Positions 26,450 through 37,042 of a stretch of 64,000 nucleotides of DNA are shown piece after piece. The DNA is from Utricularia gibba. Taxonomy: Eukaryota > Plantae > Magnoliophyta. Under the pieces are notes generated by a model. The model was not told the DNA's origin, made no database searches, and saw only the letters and a list, made by a program, of their open reading frames with translations. Where the stretch lies: positions 1,302,001-1,366,000 of the forward strand of contig CM007992.1 in assembly GCA_002189035.1 (NCBI GenBank), in the 5' to 3' direction. The translations under genes were made by a program, and so were the position numbers. The stretch's first letter is position 1; each line of letters begins with the position of its first letter.

Positions 26450-27853
26450 ATGTTCAGAAATCAGTACGACACCGATGTCACGACGTGGTCTCCGGCGGGG
26501 CGTTTATTCCAGGTGGAGTACGCAATGGAGGCAGTGAAGCAGGGATCGGCGGCGATAGGGCTGCGATCCAAAACCCATGTGGTCCTCGCGTGTGTCAACA
26601 AGGCAAGCTCTGAGCTTTCTTCCCACCAGAAGAAGATCTTCAAGGTTGATAACCACATCGGCGTCGCCATTGCTGGGCTCACTGCCGACGGCCGTGTGCT
26701 ATCCAGATATATGCGAAACGAGTGCATCAATTACTCTTACAGTTACGAGTCTCCGCTTCCCGTCGGTCGTCTCGTTGTCCAGCTAGCGGACAAGGCTCAG
26801 GTACGAGTCTTCTTGTTATTTCTCGTGCTTGCTGTGTAATTTTCGAGAAAGCCCTCAAACAGCTTGAACAGTTATGGTTGCGATTTCTTAGTTATCACAC
26901 TTCATGCCATGTGGTTATTTCACTGCTTAATGCTGTTGAAATTGATACCTTTTCTTAACGATTCGCCTGGAGGAATGATGCAGTTTTGTTTTCGTTTTGA
27001 GACAAACGCGCGATGAGAATTTAGTGGAACTTAACCACTTCTGTGTTTTCCTGGTTATTAGCATCCCAATACTTTCTGCTTCTTTCTCAGTGTACTGCTC
27101 ATTGATTTGAAGTAAAATTTCGTTTTTAAGTGTAATGGTGCGCCAATTTGTGATTTGTAAATTCATGAGGTTCGTCAGTCACTTGCACCAGCTCACTGAA
27201 TTCACAATTATGCGGTCATTCTCTGGAACTGGATGTTAGTTTTTAAGGGAGTTCTGGTACTCTCTGTTGAACATTGTTACCTTGGCTATTTTCTGCTGCA
27301 ACCGAGGCTGTTCTACTAGCTATCAACTGGATACGAACTTTTCACTTTTTATCTTTTTCCAATGTAGGTCTGCACACAGCGCTCATGGAAACGTCCATAT
27401 GGCGTTGGGCTTCTTGTGGGTGGTCTGGATGAGTCTGGGGCTCACCTCTATTATAACTGTCCAAGTGGAAACTACTTTGAATATCAAGCATTTGCTATTG
27501 GCTCCCGGTCACAGGCTGCAAAGACATACTTAGAACGAAAATTTGAAGGTTTCACTTCATCAACCCGGGAAGACCTGATCAAGGATGCACTCTTTGCACT
27601 GAATGAGACCTTGCAGGGTGAGAAATTGACAAGCTCAATCTGCACAATCGCTGTACTAGGAGTAGGGGAGGCGTTCCACATTTTGGATCCCGAAACCGTT
27701 CAAGGGCTAATCAATAAATCTGATATTGTTCAAGAAGAGCCCAAGGAGGAAGCTGCTCCTGATCAACCGATTGATGCTGATCCGCGACCAAGTACTGCTG
27801 ATGAAGGAACTTCCTCTGATCAAGGTGTTGCCCCCAGCCCAATGGATATCTGA
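26450..27853 (+). CDS. PAF1: 20S proteasome subunit alpha type-1 (alpha6/PAF); exons 26450-26800 and 27368-27853
   Basis: [33 protein letters not shown]...LADKAQ|[17 protein letters not shown]...[13 protein letters not shown], with an acidic C-tail ending PMDI. Confidence 0.97.
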
Positions 27854-28189
27854 TTGCTACCCGAAAGTGATCAAATGCTGAATCCTCTTGCCGGCTCTTC
27901 AACAGGTTATCTGATACTGTTAGCTATATTTGACAAACAATGGTATCCTTGAGTCTTGTTTTGTGCTTTTGCATTAGAATCCATTGATGAAATCATGTTG
28001 CTAAGACTGGTTTGTGATTCCTCGTCGACAATATGTGTGGCACAGACATAACTAAGATTACATCGGGCTTCTATTTTCATAGCATGAATTTCTGAATGAA
28101 GTCTTTCCAGTTCAGATAAAAAACATACATTTAGTTCTTGAGCAGCCAATGTCAGGCAGATGATTTATTCATCAACTAGCATGCATCTC

Positions 28190-28462
28190 TTTTTTATGGG
28201 TTCTTAGCAAGTTTGATGATGTAGCTGATGAATGCCATCGATCTATGAGCTTCCTCAGAAACTTGGCTGGGTTTCCTGCCCATATCTGCACAACATGCCT
28301 AGCCAAAAGGGATTCTTGTGTCCTGTCTAACAAGAGATCCGGCACCAACAATCGAATGCCCTTCCCTTCCACAATGACACCATCAAGAAGCGTAGTTCCC
28401 GTTCCCCCAAGGCGTCATCCTCGTCCTCAGCGGGTGAGACCATGGGGAGCTACACTGTGAAC
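28190..28462 (-). pseudogene. Decayed 3' fragment of a mitochondrial gamma carbonic anhydrase (complex I CA domain) gene
   Basis: Across frameshifts it reads HSVAPHG..AEDE..GTGTTLLDGVIVE..VGAGSLVRQDTRIPFG*..IWAGNPAKFLRKL. The recalled gamma-CA sequence is GHSAVLHGCTVEDEAFVGMGATLLDGVVVE..VAAGALVRQNTRIPSGEVWGGNPAKFLRKL. No N-terminal exons were found. Confidence 0.85.
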
Positions 28463-28525
28463 CTGCAGCTCAAATATGTAGTGCCAGATGAAACCCGAAC
28501 ATGTTAACTAACTATGATGCACAAG

Positions 28526-28993
28526 TAGAGCTGGGTACGCGTCCGGGTCAACCCGTCCGACCCGCGGGTTGACTCGTAACGAGTCAATCCGTGAATCGTA
28601 CCCGTCACTAGACGGGTACGGTGCGAGTCGAGATAGACGGGTATGGGTTAACGGGCCGTACCAGTGTACCCACTTACTTCTCCTTGATTGTCCATCGTGT
28701 GACATCCATTGTTGGGTGGAAATCATTGCATTGTACTGGTGGTAACCCAAGAGGAGAAGGCTGGGTCCCTCTATGCCACCAACATAAATATTATCCAGTA
28801 AGCAACCTAGGGGGCTGTTGGGCTCATGTGGGAGTTAAGTGAAGTATCGACGAGCCCAAGGACACTTCAACCCGGGTACGAGTCGAGTCAAGCACTTTAC
28901 CCGCACGAGTTTAACCCGCCGAGTCAGCCACTTAATTTTTGATCCGGTGGGTCGGACTCGTACGAGTACGAGTCGGACCCGTACCCAGCTCTA
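28526..28993. mobile_element. Non-autonomous hAT-type element (MITE), 468 bp
   Basis: TIR TAGAGCTGGGTACG(C/G)GTCCG matches at 19/20 positions. A perfect 8-bp TSD TGCACAAG sits at 28518-28525 and 28994-29001. ACCCG/CGGGT subterminal repeats are dense. Confidence 0.93.
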
Positions 28994-29337
28994 TGCACAA
29001 GACCGGGTTGCTAAAGTCCGGGGATTCATAAAACTTTAATGTACTTATATTCAAAATATTTTTTTATAAAAATTATACAATAAGTAACTTAATATACAAA
29101 AATAAATTTTATATAATGTTTAATCAATGTTTCTAAAGAAAATATGTATTTGGTTTGAATGATGAGGTAAACACATTTGACCTCCTAAACCCTAGTTAAA
29201 CATGTATAGGCGCGTTTGGTTGCTCGGTTTAGGTGGGTTGCGGCATGGGTTTAGACATAAATCCACGTTTGGTACGTGAGTTTCAGGTGGGTAAAAATAA
29301 ACCCACATGTTGACCATAAATCGGACGGGAACCCGTG

Positions 29338-29395
29338 GAGCTGGGTTTAGCTAAACCCAAGGGGGGGGGGGGGTTGGTTTAGCTGAACCCAGCTC
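29338..29395. repeat. Subterminal inverted repeat (20-bp arms, one mismatch) with a G13 run in the loop
   Basis: GAGCTGGGTTTAGCTAAACC (29338-29357) pairs with GGTTTAGCTGAACCCAGCTC (29376-29395). Confidence 0.85.
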
Positions 29396-29712
29396 GGCAC
29401 TTCCACTTTTGCCCTTGTGTGAACTTCATTTGAACGCAGATCTACAACCCAGATTTGTTTGTGGTTTGCCGGTGGCGTCGCCTGTTCTTTGAGCGCAAGA
29501 GGGTGAGTCTTTCGGTAAGTATGCTTTTCTATTCTTGGTGGGTTGGCCCACGGTAGCACCGTGAGAGGCCAACCACGGCAGCACCGCATAGTGGATTTTT
29601 ATCTGTGATTTTCCAATTTCAGAATATGTGGTGTTGTGTCAATGAACTTATTTTGGTCGATTTTGGTGATTGTTGAGGGGTCATAGATTTTTTCACAGAG
29701 GGTCATGTCATC

Positions 29713-31028
29713 TTGAGTGCGGCAGCAGCAGTTTTGACTGAATACTTGGTGCAGATGAATGTGTTAGTATACTTACATTGGAAGAAATATCGTAAGGGAT
29801 ATAGGGTGCGACACCAGTATTCACTTACATACACGATTCCTAGAGAAGTTGAGTTTATTAGTAGGTTGGTGAGTGATGTGAATAGCGCATCCATTGATAA
29901 TTTGAGAATCAGCCGAGATGCGTTGGGTATTTTATATAGCCTATTAGAAAATCATTCTAACTTAAAAGGCTGGAAAATATGTAACAGTTCCGGAGATGGT
30001 TTGCATTTTTTTAGAAATATTAGGTCATCATAAAAAATTGCGGGTGCAGAAGCATGTCTACGGGAGAAGCACCGAGACTGTGCTTAGGTGCTTGCAAAAG
30101 GTGTTGCATGCGGTGCTTTGCCTCCATGAGGTTTTGTTAGAGATCCCAGTAGTTGCTGCAAAACGTGCATCCGAAGGGAAGTTTAAACACTTCCAGGTAG
30201 ACACATCTTTCATGCTTCTTTTTACGAATGTGTATCCTAAAATTGATTATGTATTTGCAGGGTTGTGTTGGAGACATAGATGGTACATACATCGGTATAC
30301 GAGTTAACAAAGGTGATGCTGCAAGGTACAAAAATCGAAAAGGGGTGATATCCACCAACGTGTTGGGTGTATGTGATGAACACATGAAATTTATATATGT
30401 GCTTGCTGGGTGGGAGGGGTCTGCTGCAGATAGTCGGGTGCTAAACGATACACTCTCACGATCCGACGGCTTCCGTGTACGCCCAAGTATTTCACTTGTT
30501 TAGCCCTTGCGCATGTGATTCCAATGATTTTATGCACCATGTATACGTGATGACACATGAACATAATACCTATATGACAATGGATACGCCAATAGGGAGG
30601 GCTTTTTGGCACCATACCGTGGGGTTCGTTACCACTTGAAGGAGTGGGGACAGGGAAATGGAGCACCCCAGAATGCGAAGGAGCTATTCAACATGTGGCA
30701 TGCATCAACCAGAAATGTGATCGAACGAGCTTGGGGCTTGATGAAGATGCGGTGGGGTATACTACGGATGGCTAGCTACTATTCCGTAGACACACAGAAC
30801 CGCATTGTATTAGCATGTGCTTTACTGCATAACCTCATTCGAAAGGAGATGGTGGTCGATCCCCTGGAGGATCAGGTCCCATTGGACTTCTAGGATGAAG
30901 CTGAGGATACGAGTGATCTAGAAGACGTCACAACATCTGCAGAAGGCAATCAGACATGGAATAGGTGGCATGACCAGCAAGCCGAGGGGATGTACACCGA
31001 GTGGCTGGCATCCCGCAGACGCCGCTAG
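29713..31028 (+). pseudogene. PIF/Harbinger (HARBI1-like) DDE transposase, inactivated
   Basis: Motifs GCVGDIDGTYI, FIYVLAGWEGSAADSRVL, YLYDNGYANREGFLAPYRGVRYHLKEW, FNMWHASTRNVIERAWGLMKMRW and ACALLHNLIR. Lesions: frameshift near 29970, degraded second intron acceptor near 30560, and premature TAG at 30891. Confidence 0.93.
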
Positions 31029-32034
31029 TGTAGCACTGTATTAGTAATTGTCGTGTTAGTGAATTTCCTAAATTCCCATTCGGAACCTATCATGTCGTGT
31101 GTACTGTATTGCTAAGCACAACTATGTGCATTGCAAAGTCATGTCCTAAATTCCCGTTTGTACTCCAACCTTGAACTTGAAATTGTCGAGTATTTGATAG
31201 TTGCTGCACAAATTGTTGGGATTGTACCATAGTGTCATGTCTTACCATGGGTAACATGGTCAGACATGGTGGATCATTGGAGCCAACACCGCGATCTTGA
31301 GTTGAGGTGCTACAGAAGCTTGTAGGACACCAAAGTTGTTGGTAGCACCACGTGTTTCATCGTATCCGGTGCTGAAAAAAATTAGATATTAGATGAGTGG
31401 GAAGCTGGTGCATAGTAGGAGGGTAGTTGGCAGAACATGAATGCGCCTTTTCATCAAACACCATGATCCGTAAACTCCGATGCATCGGAACGCCTGGGCT
31501 ATGCCCCGTTTAGTGCTGCACCGCATGCTTCCTCGTATCCGATGCTGTCAAGATTTAGAAGTACATGCGTATGCAGTTGGTGCATATTAACGTGGGTGAT
31601 TGGAAGTACAATAATACTCGTTTTGATCAAACACCGCGAAAACATAATCCGGTGTTTATAAACACATGAGCTACACTACGCATTCTGCACCACCGCGAAA
31701 TGCGTATCCGGTGTTCTAAGTTCCATAAATAAATCGGCAAAAAATATTGCAGTTATCCAGCATTAAATGAGAAGGGTGGTTGACAACCGTACAACGCTAT
31801 TAATACCCCCTGTGCACAATAAAGGCGTCTGACAATGTGCACTTTCCAAAAAAACTTCATTAATTTCGCCCATCCAACTCCACCCTTTCGGAAAACGTGC
31901 AGCAGCACCGCAAAAACCGACTCCTTGACAAATTCTCAAGAACAGCGTCGCGACGGTGAGAACCTTTGCCGTCAGCACCACGTGTTTCAAATTCTTCGTT
32001 GCCATCGTCGGCTAGCACGCCTATTGTTTTCTAG

Positions 32035-33848
32035 ATGTTGGCGTGTGAGAAACTACATATCCGCTTCTCAATTCCCGACGGTTACACGATGTGGGATAAA
32101 CAAACGGGCGAAACGTCGGACGGCGAACCACCATCTAGAGTTGGAGCATCGGGATTTGCCATCAGCACCGAGCACTTTCAGTGTGGATTGTGACTCCCCC
32201 CACCCCCTTTCTTGGTGCAGATACTTGCTGCACTCCAGATCCCATTCTCCCACCTCACACCACGTTCTGCGGCGCAGGTTCTCGCATTTCTGCAGATCTG
32301 TGAAGAAGAGGACATACCCCCGGAAATGCGTGTCTTCTTTGCGGTTTCTGTTTATGTCCAACGTAAGGGGAGTCCGCACTACTCGCTTCATGGAAAACCT
32401 GGTGTGGTTCTGGTGACAGACGTGAGATTGGTGGACCAGTTTTGTATGGGTATGCCCACCCACCGCTGCAAAATGGCCAACAACGTTGACAGTGTCAGAG
32501 AATGTGGGACACCCATTAGGTAACCATACAAAATAATTTCAGTGTTGCACACGTCTTGTGCAACAGTACTCATGTTTGTTGTTGTTTTCGTTGTAAACAT
32601 AGAGGTGTTGCCAAAACGTGCGGCAAGGAGGTTTGTGAATTTGTTCTCTTGCAGAACAAAGTCCTTGGAGGACGTCTTGCCCCCCTTCGTCAATGCCCCT
32701 AGGACACACCATCTGTGGTGCGGAACCCCTCGACACCGTCGACAACGTACGAATACAAATGATGATCCTGAGGAGGTGACCCATGAAGAGGAAGAAGATG
32801 TGCAGCCAGAAATCAGGGGCAACAAAGACGAGCCAACACCAATCTGGACACACGACGACGGGTGCGATGCTGCCACTGCAAAATATATCGAAGTGGAGAG
32901 ACTGTACGCAGAGAATCTTGATCTCTGTGGTCGGCTTGCATGGTATGAAGCAAGGTGGCCATATGGTGGATTGTCTAGTGATAACACGGCCCCACCACGG
33001 AAGTTGCTAATATTTGACGTGAATGGCGTAATTGCGGATATTGTGTATTCTCGCGAAGTCAGATGGGGGGGCGCCGAAGCCGGATGCCGTCATTTACGGG
33101 CAAAACGGTAATGCGGTGTCATCGATATGCATTTAATATTTGGTGCGTCTGTCACCACTATTTCTTGTGCTTGTAGTGTATCTTCGACCAGGTGCACGTG
33201 AGTTGATACAGTTTTGCATGAAACACTTTGACGTTCCCATCTGATCTTCAAGAGGATGGTAAGACTGATCATCTTGCAGCCAAGGGGGTCCGCGTTCTTG
33301 CTGACATCTGATTTTTCTGACCACATGTGGCAGGGAACAATTGCACGATGTGGTTCAGTGATTACTAGGGCCTGCAGCAACCAGCAAGCTCGTCTTTCAA
33401 TGGGATGGATCAAGGTGTGTGGACACAGGCTATCCGGTGCACGACAACAGGAACAACATGGTTAAGCTTAAGCTTTTGAATCATGTATGGGGCGTCAACA
33501 CCAAGTTCAAGAGCAAATATCACCTTCTTAATACGCTTCTCATCGATGATGTGCCGTACAAGTCACTACACAATTCGGTGAGTTTCCGGTAGCGCTCATT
33601 CTCCACCGTCTTGCCTCTGATTATTGTTTACTTTCATTGAACAGCTCGAAAATGCCATATTCCCAACCACATTCAAGTACACCGCGGTGAATGATTGTTC
33701 GCTGGTTCGAGGGGGAGATATTAGGTCATTCCTGGAAGCCCTCATTGACAACATGGATGTACCCATGCACGTCGATCGCCGTCGGGTAGGTTAACGTCCA
33801 ATAGACGAGGAACACCCATTGTGGAAGCATTACAAGACTCTTGTCTAA
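32035..33848 (+). pseudogene. Third gene inside the Harbinger: Transposase_28-like N-terminus, acidic linker, and FCP1/NIF HAD-phosphatase-like C-terminus; exons 32035-32519, 32603-33107, 33177-33258, 33334-33577, 33645-33848
   Basis: N-part: GL*LPPPPFLVQILAALQIPFSHLTPRSAAQVLAFLQICEE...DWWTSFVWV. C-part: RKLLIFDVNGVIADIV..PDAVIYGQNVYLRPG..FCMKHFDVPI*SSR..KLVFQWDGSRCVDTG..NTLLIDDVPYKSLHN..NAIFP..SLVRGGDIRSFLEAL..G*RPIDEEHPLWKHY. All four introns are GT-AG and phase-consistent after two frameshift corrections (about 32425 and about 33068). Confidence 0.8.
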
Positions 33849-34263
33849 TTGACGGCGTACCTTTGCAATTGCATGGATCTTGCGTGAACTATCGTATGCT
33901 GACCTTGTTAGTTTTTAATCAATCACTGATCGCGGTGGCACCGCATGTTGTAACATCCGGTGTCATCACTGGATTTGGAACCTTGTGTCTAGACGTGGTG
34001 CTTCGTAATATGTAACACCAACGTGGTGCTAGTCCATAACTACTCGATAGCACCGCTCTGAATGTGATGGTAGTTGCAGTACCGTGTTTGTGGAAGAGTG
34101 CTCAACAACGAAACGCCGTGATTGTTCTTACGCGGTGCTTCCACGTACGAAGTCAGAACACTATCTACCCTTTGTAGTTCTCATATCAGTTTAAAGGATG
34201 ATTAGAATATGAAATACATCTAGTCCATGAGTCCAACATAAGGTGGAGCAGCACACAACAGAT

Positions 34264-35313
34264 TTAAGATCTACGTTCGGATACTAAACCACACACAATA
34301 AGCTCTCTCTCACAGTCGCTAGAGGCAAGGAAATAGCGCAACCTCGTAGGGTTGGAACTAATCGTCTCTACTATGGTAAAACATTCGATGGCAGTTAATT
34401 GCACCGGCATACCTCTAATGATCTCCCCTGCCTGACGTTGATTATCCACCAACTCCCGTGCTTGCTGCACCACTGTTAATCCCAAGTGACGTAGCTCTTC
34501 GCATGTGCGCACGTTAAGCTCCTTCATTTTTGTGATAAACTACACAGCATCATCGATTCCCCTCGGTCCCTTGCCGCTTCGTCTAGAGCACCGCGATGAG
34601 TCGGTGCTGTTGTGTGATTCGGAGTCCCTACTAAGCGTGATGTTGACATCCTCCGCGACATAACCAATTGGGTCACAAGGTGTGTCAGCATACGAGAAGT
34701 TCATATCGTGTCCAGTGCTATCCGGGTCCAAAGGGCAATCCGAAGACACTTCCAGATTCTCCCCCACATCTTCCATCAATTTCCTCTTCTTGGTCGCAGC
34801 TACATAGCTCATCGTTTTTTCTCCTGTAGTCTGATCCTTTCCAAAGATTTCCTGCCACTCCATTTAATACGGCCACGCCTTGTGTCTTAGGGCGCGCAAT
34901 CTGGGTGCATGCTGACATAATAACACGATCAGCACCGGATATAACACAGCGACAACAGGGCATACATACCTGATCAATCTCCTTCCAAACCTCATCGTCT
35001 ATGTCTACGGTGTAGGTCAGCTCACTGAAACCGGTGCATGACCGTGATAGAAAATCTATAAGGAGGTAGTAGTATTTTTTCTAGGTGTGCACCTTGCTAG
35101 ATATTTGGGGGTGTGCACGGATGTCGGTTCCAAGTTGGAGTTTCAAAAACTCTGTCTCTAACGCTCAGTGATACCCACCCCTAAAACCATTCTCAATTTT
35201 CCAGCCTTCTTTCACTATCTGCTTCAAAGCATGCAATAAGTCTTTCTCCTCATCTGAATTCTAGGCACGTTTCGTTTTTTGTGAGACTCTTCCACCACAT
35301 TTGGGCTATGCAT
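34264..35313 (-). pseudogene. PIF/Harbinger Myb/SANT-like DNA-binding protein (ORF1), inactivated
   Basis: KRA*NSDEEKDLLHALKQIVKEGWKIENGFRGGY...HPQISSKVHT*KKYY...VDIDDEVWKEI|...AWPY*MEWQEIFGKDQTTG...YFLASS. In-frame stops at about 35262, 35166, 35082, 34865 and 34541. Confidence 0.88.
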
Positions 35314-36048
35314 ACCTGCAATCTGTGCTGGAGGAAATAAAACAGCAAGAACAAAGCACCTAAACCGAATAATTACCACAAGTAAACCGTAAAATTCACT
35401 CAAAATTCAACGGATTTCAAACAAGAAACCTTACGCAACGAAGGGAGTATACAAACTGGACTGAACCCATGGCTCTTCACTCTCAATTACTTGTGAAAAC
35501 GAGGGATCTCGTCGACAGGTAGCACCGCGACAACGGACTGTGAAAGTCGGTGGACGAAGGGGGTAATGGTAATAAAGAGGAATATGTCTGAATGGGTAAA
35601 GTGGGTGTGAAAGTAGGTGCACGAGTGTGAAAGGCTATATTGGTAAATTTCCATAAAAATTATGTATAAACCCAATTTTATACCTACCTATCAAACATAA
35701 GTTTATTTAAACCCAAATAATGTAAACCCATCAACCAAACATGATTCACAGAGATTAAACCCACAAAGTTGGATTCCCTAAACCCAAATAAACTAAACTT
35801 GGATTTAGGTCAAATCCAGCAACCAAACGCGCCCTATATGTGTGTCAATATCTTATTATTTCTAATTTAACATTTTCACCTAATTAATTGGAAAAGAAAA
35901 AGAGTTTATTAAAGGGAATAATATAATTCACTTTTAATAATGATAGATTAAATTTTGAACTCAATAATAAGGTTTCACCTAATGCTTAATAATTTAAACC
36001 CTCCTAAATATGAAGCCTCTAACCAAACAAGCTCTAGGTGAACAACCT

Positions 36049-36275
36049 CATACTTCTTGTCCTAACACTCCACAACAAAAATGGACTTGTGGTTGAATGC
36101 AAACATGGATACTTATTGGAGTAGCTAAAGTCTTGATGCTACAATGTAGCTATATTATTAATAAATTGTCATTTCAAGTTTTAGGATGGAAAACTCTTAT
36201 AGAAAAATTACTTCATTCAATCAATTTCTAGTTTTGTACCAAGAACTTTTAGAGTGTGTTTTTTGAGATATCTTC
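36049..36275 (+). mobile_element. Degenerate Ty1/Copia integrase fragment
   Basis: SCPNTPQQNGLVVECKHGYLLE/VAKVLM resembles the Copia integrase core SCPxTPQQNGVAERKHRHLLEVAR. A PRxxxCVFL-like remnant follows at about 36240. Confidence 0.7.
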
Positions 36276-36349
36276 CAAATCCAAAGAAGTTCCAACTACT
36301 TGTATAATATTTTCTAAATATTTTTTCCTTTTTAACATACCAAACAAAT

Positions 36350-36690
36350 TGGTTTCAATATAACTAAATGAATCAATATAATAAACAGATTAACATAAGA
36401 TCATAGAATCAAACAAGATGGTGTAAAAATAGAGAGAGGAAATTCTCTTCCCAACTCCAAAAAGTTTTCTCCAAATAATCTCTCCGCATAGCTTGTATGC
36501 AGGAATGAAGCTGTCAAGAATACATTGTAAATTTTATTTAAAACACATCTACTCCAAATCTAGAATGTCCTCTATAAATAGATATTTTTTTGAACTTTGA
36601 AAATATATTAATTACTAAATAACATTCAAATATGATATGAATATATTTGAAAATTATCATATTTAGAAAATTGTAGATATATATTCAACA
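36350..36690. mobile_element. Possible degenerate LTR remnant
   Basis: Ends in ...ATTCAACA (TGTTGAAT on the minus strand), contains CCTCTATAAATAG and a GA-rich tract, and lies next to the Copia fragment. No paired LTR or TSD was seen. Confidence 0.3.
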
Positions 36691-37042
36691 TACTCTCACG
36701 TAATCATCCGATACCTAGCCTTATCAATCTCTCCTACTACATGTTCATCGGATAATACTTTAGAAAAAACCTATCCTGCGTCTTATTTTAGAAACACAAG
36801 TTATTTCTAGTGTTGGTGATTTAAACACGTGTGTTTCTTGAGATCTTGATCCTAATCACTTTCTCTCCCAAAGTCCCGCTTGAAGGAGTTGCGTTCAGGT
36901 GCAGGTGCTGACCTTTGCGTTGAAGATGTTGGTTCCGAATTTCTAGAACGTCGGCTGTTTTTGATCTTTTTTATACATAGCATCTTCTGTCTGTCGTAAT
37001 GTGTTTGTGTCTGCTTCTGTATTCATTCTGGGAACGCGCATC

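Larger units (their letters stand above)
29208..35834. mobile_element. Full-length PIF/Harbinger DNA transposon (about 6.6 kb), decayed, with three internal genes
   Basis: TIRs (A/G)GGCGCGTTTGGTTGCT at both ends, a 3-bp TAT duplication in both flanks, and internal DDE transposase and Myb/SANT genes. Confidence 0.93.

Noticed and set aside
31835-32416. 193-aa ORF overlapping the start of the cargo gene, and the 199-aa antisense ORF at 32388-32987
   Set aside because: These are alternative frames of GC-rich DNA; the family-like motifs are in other frames.
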